This document shows, in pieces, positions 1-7,300 of a stretch of 64,000 bases of DNA. Location: the NCBI GenBank assembly GCA_024102635.1, contig JAGFJO010000136.1, positions 17,133 to 81,132 on the forward strand. Direction: 5' to 3'. Positions within the stretch are counted from its first letter, which is position 1. Each line of letters starts with the position of its first letter. Source of the DNA: Deltaproteobacteria bacterium. Lineage in GTDB: Bacteria > Bdellovibrionota_C > UBA2361 > JAGFJO01. Under the pieces are notes generated by a model. That model saw only the letters and a program-made list of their open reading frames with translations, made no database searches and was not told the origin of the DNA. The position numbers and the translations under genes were made by a program.

Positions 1-1
1 G

Positions 2-235
2 CAGGCTTGGTTCTTTTCAGGAGCGATCTTGATGCCCCAGGACGAAGTCATCGCGGAAGTTCGTAACTTTCGGCAGGAGCGAGGAGTTTCATCTGACATT
101 GTCGCTGCCTCCCCGCAGGCTCAGGAGCTGGCAGGCGCAATTGCAACGCGGTTTGAGATATCGAACGATTTCGCTAAGGTACGCCTAATCAGGCTCAATC
201 TCTTAACCACATCAGGATCGGCTTCACTGTTTTGA
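2..235 (+). CDS. C-terminal fragment of an ImmA/IrrE-like (M78-type) metallopeptidase-domain protein, truncated by the window edge
   Basis: The frame is open from base 2 with no upstream stop, and the stop is at 233-235. 'QAWFFSGAILMPQDEV' resembles the 'E..AN.FA..lLmP' segment that follows the HExxH helix in ImmA/IrrE peptidases. The catalytic motif itself would lie outside the window. Confidence 0.35.
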   Translation, partial: QAWFFSGAILMPQDEVIAEVRNFRQERGVSSDIVAASPQAQELAGAIATRFEISNDFAKVRLIRLNLLTTSGSASLF

Positions 236-315
236 CCCGCATGGTGACGTCGGAAGACTTGCGCTGATACAAAAAATACGCTAATCTGCGTATCAGCAGA
301 TATGCAGTTAGGCGT

Positions 316-912
316 ATGATTCTGGACATGAACGATAAAGTCATTGAAAACGAAGCGTCGCCAATGGAAGGGCGTCTTCAATATATTCTTGGCGAAGTGA
401 ACGAGTGGCTTCGTTATGCGGAACAGAAGAACGCAGGAGTGCTAGTCTTCAACTGTACCCTCGCGGCAGCGATCGTAACTATCCTTCCGCAGTGCGCGTC
501 AGCAGATACGTTATGTGCCTGGTGGGTTCGATCCATCCTTTTACTTTTAGCGCTCTCAGCGGTGACGGCACTGTGTTCATTTATACCTCGCATCGACTTA
601 GCGTTTTTGAAGCGGAGAAAAGAACATCACCGTGCTGACAACCTTGTCTTCTTTGGGGAAGCTGCGAACTACGACCCAGAAGCCTACCTTAAGGCGTTAT
701 ATCTCTCGTGCAATCTGGCTGAATCCGAAAACGCTCCCGCCTTCATGCGCCATTATGCCGAGCAGATTGTTCAAAATTCCCGAATAGCTAAACGAAAATT
801 TGAAGTTTTTAAGGTGGCGGTATGGCTGACGGTCGCGGCCTTCGTAACCATCCCTGTAGCCTTAGTTTTATTTATCTTTTTATGTTGGAAAAAATGCAAT
901 GACGATTACTGA
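316..912 (+). CDS. Three-TM membrane protein resembling the Pycsar effector family (formerly DUF5706; SLATT-like topology)
   Basis: 198 aa. It has an N-terminal helix 'LQYILGEVNEWLRYAEQKNAGVLVFN' and two hydrophobic helices ('LAAAIVTILP', 'WWVRSILLLLALSAVTALCSFI'). A cytosolic helical insert follows ('NLVFFGEAANYDPEAYLKAL', 'QIVQNSRIAKRKFEVFKVA'), then a terminal TM 'VWLTVAAFVTIPVALVLFIFLCW'. It overlaps the downstream cyclase gene by 14 nt. Confidence 0.55.
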   Translation: MILDMNDKVIENEASPMEGRLQYILGEVNEWLRYAEQKNAGVLVFNCTLAAAIVTILPQCASADTLCAWWVRSILLLLALSAVTALCSFIPRIDLAFLKRRKEHHRADNLVFFGEAANYDPEAYLKALYLSCNLAESENAPAFMRHYAEQIVQNSRIAKRKFEVFKVAVWLTVAAFVTIPVALVLFIFLCWKKCNDDY

Positions 913-1732
913 AACACAACTTCCGGACATTTATCGGCAGATAATTGACGAGCAACTCGCGACATTCTCGCAGCGAAGATCCATCTCGGACTGGAATAGT
1001 ATTCCCGACACATCGCAGATCCCGCTGGACAATCAATCACATTGGCTGAAGATTCCAGATGTGATCAGCGTGTTTGTGGACATGAAAGGCTCCACCAAAT
1101 TGAGCGCAACCACAGCTGACCGAGACACTGCCGGAGCCTATCAACTTTTCACGGGAACTGCGGTGAGGTTGTTTCATGAGTTTGAGGCTTCTTACATCGA
1201 TGTAAGAGGAGACGGAGTATTCGGACTGTTCAACCGTGACGAGCCGCATCGGGCGCTCGCTGCTGCTGTTTCATTCAAAACTTTCTCAAGCCTCGAATTT
1301 GCGGGACGGGTTAAGAAGCTCACCGGCGTAGACGTGGGATGTCATGTCGGCATTGATCAGAAGACCGTGCTAGTGAGAAAGATTGGTCTGCGCAGCGTGG
1401 GCGGCAGAACCGATCGCCAAAACGAGGTCTGGGCTGGAAAGCCCATAAACATGTCAGCCAAGCTCGCGTCCCTGTCGGCTGACGACGAGGTGTTGGCCTC
1501 CGAGCGCTATTTCAGAAGGCTCACTCATCCATGTGCTACTATGAGTTGCGGATGTCCTGACGGGCAGCGAAAGGCACTCTGGACAGAAAAGACTTTAATA
1601 AATGACGATAGATTTGATTTCACCGCAGCTTATTCGTTGAAGAGCAAATGGTGCGCGACTCATGGCGCAGCCTTTTGCGCTACTCTTATGGAGGCGGATA
1701 CAGTGCCGAGGGGTAAATGCGTAGGCGAGTGA
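899..1732 (+). CDS. Class III nucleotidyl cyclase-domain protein (Pycsar PycC-like) with a Cys-rich C-terminal tail
   Basis: 277 aa. Cyclase core motifs are 'VFVDMKGSTKL' (F.D..G.T metal Asp), 'RGDGVFGLF' (second metal Asp), 'GIDQKTVLVRKIG' and 'VWAGKPINMSAKLAS' (N..a.rL-like). The tail is 'CATMSCGCPDG...KWCATHGAAFC'. It overlaps both neighbouring ORFs. Confidence 0.7.
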   Translation: MTITETQLPDIYRQIIDEQLATFSQRRSISDWNSIPDTSQIPLDNQSHWLKIPDVISVFVDMKGSTKLSATTADRDTAGAYQLFTGTAVRLFHEFEASYIDVRGDGVFGLFNRDEPHRALAAAVSFKTFSSLEFAGRVKKLTGVDVGCHVGIDQKTVLVRKIGLRSVGGRTDRQNEVWAGKPINMSAKLASLSADDEVLASERYFRRLTHPCATMSCGCPDGQRKALWTEKTLINDDRFDFTAAYSLKSKWCATHGAAFCATLMEADTVPRGKCVGE

Positions 1733-2304
1733 CACCATTGAAGACTGAAACAGAATTGAAAATTATCGACGCGAGCACTCAGATTAAACTCGCTATGGCG
1801 AATCGCCATGACGAAGGCATTTTTCGCTCATGCCTTAACAGCTTTATCTCGACTGCTCGCAGCATAACGTTTGTAATGGAGTCTGAGAGTTCCGATCCCG
1901 AGCTTAAAAGTTGGTACAAGTGCCAGACAGCCGTCTTAGGGGCGACGCCCCTTTTTAAATTTTTTAATCAGCAGCGGGTATACACAGTTCACAAGGGAGT
2001 CATTAGCCCCACGAAGTTCGCTCATCCTGTCACCGATGCAAGTTTTCAACAGGTAGCGGACGAAGACGGGAACCTTCGATGGACTGGCACGGTACGAATT
2101 CCATTGGGAAAGAACCTAGAGCCAATCTCTGCGAAACCGGAAGATCGGGATTATATTTCCTATTGGCTCTTCGATGATGTCAGTGAATTCCTTCCCGCTC
2201 ACTCTGGTAATGTGGATTCATTGTGCAAGCAGTATTTCCAAGCGTTAAAAGTCCTCGTTAAGGGATGGCTTGGGAAGAGACGAGAGCTTGGATTGCCTTG
2301 TTAG
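1717..2304 (+). CDS. Hypothetical protein, third gene of the cyclase operon, possibly HEPN-like
   Basis: 195 aa with a 16-nt overlap with the cyclase stop region. The N-half is helical ('IFRSCLNSFISTARSITFVM', 'ELKSWYKC', 'PLFKFFNQQRVYTVHKG') and contains an Rx4H motif ('RVYTVH'). No other recognisable family motif was found. Confidence 0.45.
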   Translation: MRRRVTPLKTETELKIIDASTQIKLAMANRHDEGIFRSCLNSFISTARSITFVMESESSDPELKSWYKCQTAVLGATPLFKFFNQQRVYTVHKGVISPTKFAHPVTDASFQQVADEDGNLRWTGTVRIPLGKNLEPISAKPEDRDYISYWLFDDVSEFLPAHSGNVDSLCKQYFQALKVLVKGWLGKRRELGLPC

Positions 2305-2495
2305 GATCTTGTCCACCGCACTGAGCCACCTTCATTGACAGCAACGCACTAAAGTCGCACACTTCAGAGGTCGCTTAACGCGAGAACCCGGCCAAATTTG
2401 TTGCAAGTTTTGTTGCAATGTTTCGGAAGAAACAGCTCGAAAGTGAGCCTTACCGCACAATCCTGAGCAAACAAATTGGCCGGTAAAATATGTGT

Positions 2496-2521
2496 AAACA
2501 GTTGAAATATTCACTGTTTTT
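2496..2521 (+). terminator. Weak AT-rich hairpin with a T-run downstream of the three-gene operon
   Basis: 'AAACAGT' (2496-2502) pairs with 'ACTGTTT' (2513-2519) across a 10-nt loop and runs into TTTTT (2517-2521). The stem is only 7 bp and AT-rich. Confidence 0.3.
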
Positions 2522-2548
2522 AAGGATTCTCAAGGGTTAGCATGTCAT

Positions 2549-2622
2549 TGGGCTGCTAGGCAGTTTGATGCAGAGTTCCCTTGGGGTGGGAGAGGTCGGA
2601 GGTTCAAATCCTCTCAGCCCGA
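2549..2622 (+). tRNA. tRNA-Pro(GGG)-like gene with a degenerate D-arm (possibly decayed or hybrid)
   Basis: Hand fold. The acceptor is TGGGCTG/CAGCCCG (U1-G72 wobble) with discriminator A. The anticodon stem is TTCCC/GGGAG with loop TTGGGGT (U33, anticodon GGG, G37). The variable loop is AGGTC and the T-arm is GGAGG-TTCAAAT-CCTCT. The 3' half matches the proteobacterial tRNA-Pro 'GGTCGGAGGTTCAAATCCTCTC' as I recall it. The D-stem has only 2 of 4 pairs and the D-loop 'AGTTTGAT' lacks GG. No encoded CCA. Confidence 0.55.
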
Positions 2623-2637
2623 TACCCTATTTTTGGC

Positions 2638-2659
2638 ATCTTCACCTGACGGTGAAGAT
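2638..2659 (+). terminator. Perfect 9-bp hairpin just downstream of the tRNA
   Basis: 'ATCTTCACC' TGAC 'GGTGAAGAT'. No T-run follows, so terminator function is uncertain. Confidence 0.3.
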
Positions 2660-2675
2660 CGCAGATCAATTCTTA

Positions 2676-2693
2676 GCTGAGAGGATTTGAACC
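2676..2693 (-). repeat. Inverted copy of the tRNA T-arm/acceptor segment
   Basis: 'gctgagaggatttgaacc' is the exact reverse complement of 2601-2618 ('ggttcaaatcctctcagc'). The flanks do not fold into a tRNA. Confidence 0.85.
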
Positions 2694-2718
2694 CAAAAGA
2701 TAGGGCAAATCCGAAGGA
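2690..2718 (+). repeat. 29-nt direct repeat, copy 1
   Basis: 'aacccaaaagatagggcaaatccgaagga' recurs identically at 2836-2864. Confidence 0.9.
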
Positions 2719-2751
2719 TTGCAAGCGAAGCGTGCAATCCTCTCAGCCCGA
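2716..2751 (+). repeat. tRNA 3'-end duplicate (att-like scar) preceded by an 8-bp hairpin
   Basis: Bases 2736-2751 ('aatcctctcagcccga') are an exact 16-nt copy of tRNA positions 2607-2622. They are preceded by the hairpin 'ggattgca'-agcgaagcg-'tgcaatcc', which mimics a T-arm. Confidence 0.8.
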
Positions 2752-2835
2752 CCAATTTCTCGATCAATTCTATTATTCAAGACAGCCGTCTCACGCTGGA
2801 ATTTGCTTGTCCCCCGAAGCCTTGGCGAAGGGGGA

Positions 2836-2864
2836 AACCCAAAAGATAGGGCAAATCCGAAGGA
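2836..2864 (+). repeat. 29-nt direct repeat, copy 2
   Basis: Identical to 2690-2718. Confidence 0.9.
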
Positions 2865-2937
2865 CGCCTTAACTTTTTAATCTTCCAGGAATTGGGGAAG
2901 AATTGACCTACTAGTCGAGCGTACGTCAGAAGAATAT

Positions 2938-3648
2938 TCAATCACCGTAGATACCTTCGAAGACGTCCTGATCCCAGTCCCATCCTTCGAGAAAATTAGA
3001 TATCCTTCTCACTGCATCATGTTTTCCGCGCAAATGTAGCTGCTCAGCCACTTTCCTGGCATATCGAGCTACCGGAGCGTGTAGAAACAGGGATCCCTTC
3101 GTCCTGAGAATCAACGCCATCAACTGATTCTCGTTTCCATAGTCAGCGCTGCAGGCCTCAAGTGTAAGTTTTATTACGTCGAATCGGCCTGCTTTCAACA
3201 AACGATCGAGCTGCTCATGAAGATTTACAAGTTCACTAGATGGATCGCCGGTCTCCGGGACAGCCCGCAGCGCCGCAATCAGCTCTGAATCAATTTTCGC
3301 TTCCGGGATATTGTACGGCTCCACGTCTATCTTCAATTCACCGAGGAGGGGATGCGATCTAACCTCCTTCCAGAGATCCCGAAGTCTTTCTGCCAAGGGC
3401 CATGCAACTAAAAAATCTTTTTTAAAGGCCAGTAATCTCGCGTCCTGCTCTTTGGTTAAGTCGGCGCGAGCTTCCGCTATTACATGTGCAGCACGGCGTG
3501 GGCTAAGAGGGGCGGGGTGAACAGTTGGGACTTCAATATCAGTAAACGCCTGCAACAGATCCCCGTCACCTCCTAAGTGTCCCTTAATCTCTCTTGCTAA
3601 AGCTGAAGCGCGTTCAACAATTGAGCGAGGTTTATCTAATTGATGCAT
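2938..3648 (-). CDS. Hypothetical protein (orphan)
   Basis: 236-aa ORF, helical and charged in composition, with no motif I recognise. It is divergent from the 491-aa ORF. Confidence 0.5.
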   Translation of the reverse strand: MHQLDKPRSIVERASALAREIKGHLGGDGDLLQAFTDIEVPTVHPAPLSPRRAAHVIAEARADLTKEQDARLLAFKKDFLVAWPLAERLRDLWKEVRSHPLLGELKIDVEPYNIPEAKIDSELIAALRAVPETGDPSSELVNLHEQLDRLLKAGRFDVIKLTLEACSADYGNENQLMALILRTKGSLFLHAPVARYARKVAEQLHLRGKHDAVRRISNFLEGWDWDQDVFEGIYGD

Positions 3649-3926
3649 AGTGATACTTAAGTTTGCTTAAATCTTTATAATTATTCAGCGGCAAATTCAA
3701 TATAAATACCTCTTTCCTGCATCAGGATCGAACCGGCTGTAAGATGATAGAAGGAGGCTTTACACGCGGCGCGATAAGTCAGTTCAATTGCCTTAACTGG
3801 CATCACTAGTTGAAACTTAGAGAAGTAATTGATTCATGATTACTTGAATCTCATTAAGAGGTTATCCGGCTGAAATAGGTCATGCCTCGCCTGAAGCCTC
3901 TCAAGATGGAGTAAGAATGGTTTTGT

Positions 3927-5402
3927 TTGTATTATTCCGGGATGAGCCCTTCACAGGATCAAAATGAGCCCAACCGCCCTTCGGAGCGGGCAGTCCCGGC
4001 TACATCGCACTTTTACGGCGCTAGTTCCATTTTCATTCCTGGCGCCGAGCGGGTGCCTCTATCTCTGTTGGGCACCTTGCGCGATGGCATGCCCCGTTCT
4101 GAGATTCGGCGCGGTGTGATCGACACTTTGGGTGGAAATAAGCTTGTATATACGGAAGTTGCGCTCCGCTTACAGGCCGAAGACATTCACGAAAAAGGAG
4201 GGCATAAAATCCTCTCCGACCTCGCTCGAACTAATTACACGCCGCGAACAAAGCAGTTTGTAAGAGGACTGGCATCGATAAGAGGCACCTCCGGCATTGA
4301 AACCGAACTTAATCAGAATGAATCGGGAGAGAACACTTCCCTTACACTCCTTCAGCGTATACATGGGGAGGTTTTCGATTGGCACCCGCAGGTAATGATA
4401 GCCGCTTTGGCGGAGCTTTACGATCTTGCAGATCAATACTTTCAAGCTAAGCTGCGGCGTGATGCCAGCGAGCTTTTCGGCCTTAAAAATAAAGAAGACC
4501 CGTCGCTCGAAGTCCGTACTCAGCATGGAAGCTATTACATTCCACTCGCCGGAACCATACCGCACACGCGCACTCCGTATTCAAAACTTTTACCGCAAGA
4601 GGTGCAGGTTAATATTCCAGCTGCGGTGATACATCCGGCTAACGGTGACCGAATACTAAGACAACTTGATATGGAGCCTGAGCATCTGGCAACTCTTCAC
4701 GCACTTTTCGAGGGACTGCCGCTTTCCTCTCAGGAACAGATCCAAGTGAGAGTCGGCGGACATAGAACCGCTAACAATTATAAGAATGCCTTCCTCAGGA
4801 TCAGCTTTCATCACTCTGCGTCCTTGGGTGAATTTGATGTTGACAGTGAACGGCGGGCTTTCGCCATGAACGCCGTAGCAACTTCACTACAGTATATTGA
4901 GGACAATGTTCCTGGAATGAGCTGGGTTGACCGGCAGGTTCAAAAGATATTGAAGCAGCAGCAAGCCCCCGCGACACTTTCTGACCTGTTCGACACCACG
5001 CTTCTCAAGGACAAGTTATACGTTCCGCCAAAGTGGCGTGATTTCGAGAACCCCCGCCCTTTTACCCCGGTTGAAGAGAGCGGATTTCACGGTTGTATTA
5101 GAATGTTCCCTGTAAATCATCATCCTGTCTTGAAAGGCGGGGACTCACGCGATTACTTTGTCCGGACACTGAATGACTCGCCGGCTGCCGTTAGTGGAGG
5201 GCTTGTTATTACCTTCGTTAATTTTGAAACTCCAACAGACCTGCTCGCCGAAGGATACTGGAGAATTGACGTAGAATGGAACGATGAAGAATCACGACAG
5301 CACAATTTTCTAATGCTGCAGCAATTCTTAGAAGATTACTATCTCACGCTTCGAAGCGGACTGCCGGTTGATGAGCTAAATATCCGCAGGGTAGACGATT
5401 AA
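3927..5402 (+). CDS. Hypothetical protein (orphan)
   Basis: 491-aa ORF, soluble in composition, with no signal peptide or known motif. The track start is TTG at 3927 and the first ATG is at 3942. Confidence 0.55.
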   Translation: MYYSGMSPSQDQNEPNRPSERAVPATSHFYGASSIFIPGAERVPLSLLGTLRDGMPRSEIRRGVIDTLGGNKLVYTEVALRLQAEDIHEKGGHKILSDLARTNYTPRTKQFVRGLASIRGTSGIETELNQNESGENTSLTLLQRIHGEVFDWHPQVMIAALAELYDLADQYFQAKLRRDASELFGLKNKEDPSLEVRTQHGSYYIPLAGTIPHTRTPYSKLLPQEVQVNIPAAVIHPANGDRILRQLDMEPEHLATLHALFEGLPLSSQEQIQVRVGGHRTANNYKNAFLRISFHHSASLGEFDVDSERRAFAMNAVATSLQYIEDNVPGMSWVDRQVQKILKQQQAPATLSDLFDTTLLKDKLYVPPKWRDFENPRPFTPVEESGFHGCIRMFPVNHHPVLKGGDSRDYFVRTLNDSPAAVSGGLVITFVNFETPTDLLAEGYWRIDVEWNDEESRQHNFLMLQQFLEDYYLTLRSGLPVDELNIRRVDD

Positions 5403-5424
5403 ACGCCCGTTTCATGGCCAGCCG

Positions 5425-6327
5425 TCAGGCGTTGGAAGCACGTGATGAGGTGGTCAGTTTATCTGGTGCAGACCGCACATGTTCCGGCACTCCATGCAGA
5501 TCCCAAACGAGGCCCAGGTACTGAAGTACTTTAAGTCCATAGTAGGTAAGGTCTATTTCCCACCAGTAAAATCCCTGCCGGGTTGAGCGCTGATAATAGT
5601 GGTGATTGTTGTGCCACCCTTCCCCAAGAGAGATAAGCGCGAGCCATAGGCTATTCTTTGACTCATCACCTGTTTTGTATCGCGCGCGGCCGAAGCGGTG
5701 CATAAGAGAATTGATTGAAAAGGTAGCATGGTAAAGAATTACAGTGCTGAGAAAGAAACCGATCCATAAGGTGGACCAACCGGCACTAAAGGCTGTGTGT
5801 ATTGATCCACCGTTCACAACCCCTCCCGTTATTGTCACTAAAGCACCAAGAAGGATGGGAGGAATTAGATAATAGCGGTTCAGCCAAACAAGTTCCGGAT
5901 ACTTTTGCAGGTCCTTAACCAGCTCAAACCGTGTCGGCTCATAATCAGGCACCATTATCCAGCCGACGTGCGAGTACCAGAATCCGAAGCGCTTCATTGA
6001 ATGAGGGTCCTTTTCAGTATCGCTGTACTTATGGTGGGTGCGGTGATTTGCGCTCCACCAGAGAACGCCCTTTTGAGCGCTTGTCTGTGCCATGAATGCA
6101 AGAACGAACTGGAAAAAGCGTGAGGTCTTGTATGTGCGGTGCGCAAAATAGCGGTGATACCCTGCGGTCACGAAGAACATGCGGACCAAGTAGAGTACGC
6201 CACAAACGATCCAATCGAAGCGGGTAGCTCCGGTATAGAGCGCGGCAAATGGTAATAAATGCACGAGCAGGAATCCGATCTGGCTCGCTGGCCGCACTTT
6301 GCTGGATCTCGAACTAATGGCCATCAC
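5425..6327 (-). CDS. Acyl-CoA (delta-9-type) fatty acid desaturase
   Basis: Three His boxes, 'HRYFAHR', 'HRTHHKYSD' and 'HNNHHYY', plus N-terminal TM helices. Confidence 0.9.
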   Translation of the reverse strand: MMAISSRSSKVRPASQIGFLLVHLLPFAALYTGATRFDWIVCGVLYLVRMFFVTAGYHRYFAHRTYKTSRFFQFVLAFMAQTSAQKGVLWWSANHRTHHKYSDTEKDPHSMKRFGFWYSHVGWIMVPDYEPTRFELVKDLQKYPELVWLNRYYLIPPILLGALVTITGGVVNGGSIHTAFSAGWSTLWIGFFLSTVILYHATFSINSLMHRFGRARYKTGDESKNSLWLALISLGEGWHNNHHYYQRSTRQGFYWWEIDLTYYGLKVLQYLGLVWDLHGVPEHVRSAPDKLTTSSRASNA

Positions 6328-6413
6328 TCATCTCAATAGATAATGTCATCTGCTGATAACTGGTTTTTGTGTGACTTGCAACTTTTTCAAGTGGCCTCGC
6401 CCAGAATGTATCT

Positions 6414-6860
6414 TTACTTCGGGTAATCACTCACGCGGGTAAGCCAGTCCGACTTAACGGCATCATTCTGAATATCGGCAAGCGAGGTGTGGCGCGCCCA
6501 TTCTTCAAACGAACTGCTGACGGCATTCCACCTATGGTGAAGAATACATGGATTGTCAGGATTACATTTGCGCCATCCAAAGATACACTGCTTCACCTCT
6601 TTAACAGGCTGTACAGCTTCCAATACATGGCAAAATAAAATCTTCTCGGCTGGCCTAGCGAGCACAAACCCGCCTCCATGGCCCCGCTCGGCTCTAAGCA
6701 ACCCCGCTGTTACCAACTTCCTAAGGACCTTAGATACGTATGGACTTGGACTGCGAATACTCATTGCTATCTCCTTGGCGCGCACCGGGCGCGCGCCTTG
6801 GACAAGAGATATATGGGTCATGATCCGAAGCGCGTACTGCGCAGTTTGTGAGAGAATCAT
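6414..6860 (-). CDS. Rrf2 family transcriptional regulator
   Basis: 'LSQTAQYALRIMTHI' winged-helix N-terminus and the Cys triad 'CIFGWRKCNPDNPC'. It lies directly upstream of, and co-directional with, the desaturase. Confidence 0.85.
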   Translation of the reverse strand: MILSQTAQYALRIMTHISLVQGARPVRAKEIAMSIRSPSPYVSKVLRKLVTAGLLRAERGHGGGFVLARPAEKILFCHVLEAVQPVKEVKQCIFGWRKCNPDNPCILHHRWNAVSSSFEEWARHTSLADIQNDAVKSDWLTRVSDYPK

Positions 6861-7099
6861 AGTGGGCTGTATTATCCATTGAAATTATTTTTTCATCAAT
6901 TACCATGTTCGGTTGCAACACAATAAAATCCCTCTGATTCCGTAAACTACGAGTATTTTCCATGCTTTGCAAAGGCACCTAAAACTAAGGCCTTCCGAGT
7001 AAATTTTCTCATCTTAATGGACTTGATGGTCGATTAAGTATCTGGCAACATCAACAGACTGACGGTCGTCAATGCTGGAGCTACCTAAGGAGAAGAACG

Positions 7100-7300
7100 A
7101 TGAATAAAAAAGTGATTTTCACAATTACAGCGATGGCATTGGGGACCGCCGCCACCTTGGTATCGGCCTCCTTCGGAGCTCGCATCGACATTACGAACTA
7201 TATTATTTTCGGTGCCGCTTACCAAATCCCGCTGACAAACGGTGCGGGTTCTAAGATTCTCGATTACCGCGTAACAACCGACCTCATTTTCAAGCTTTAA
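7100..7300 (+). CDS. Small secreted protein (66 aa)
   Basis: A strong SD 'AAGGAG' (7087-7092) sits 7 nt before the ATG. The signal-peptide-like N-terminus is 'MNKKVIFTITAMALGTAATLVSASFG'. Confidence 0.5.
   Translation: MNKKVIFTITAMALGTAATLVSASFGARIDITNYIIFGAAYQIPLTNGAGSKILDYRVTTDLIFKL

Noticed and set aside
2549-2622. Possibility that the tRNA-like element is the 3' domain of a tmRNA
   Set aside because: A normal anticodon stem-loop (GGG) is present. No tag reading frame or pseudoknot region lies nearby, and the 5' partner sits immediately adjacent as in an ordinary tRNA.
2687-2872. 61-aa ORF spanning the tRNA-derived repeats
   Set aside because: Its sequence is dictated by the 29-nt direct repeats ('NPKDRANPKD...KIGQIRR'). 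It has no SD and lies entirely in the att-scar region, so it is almost certainly not coding.
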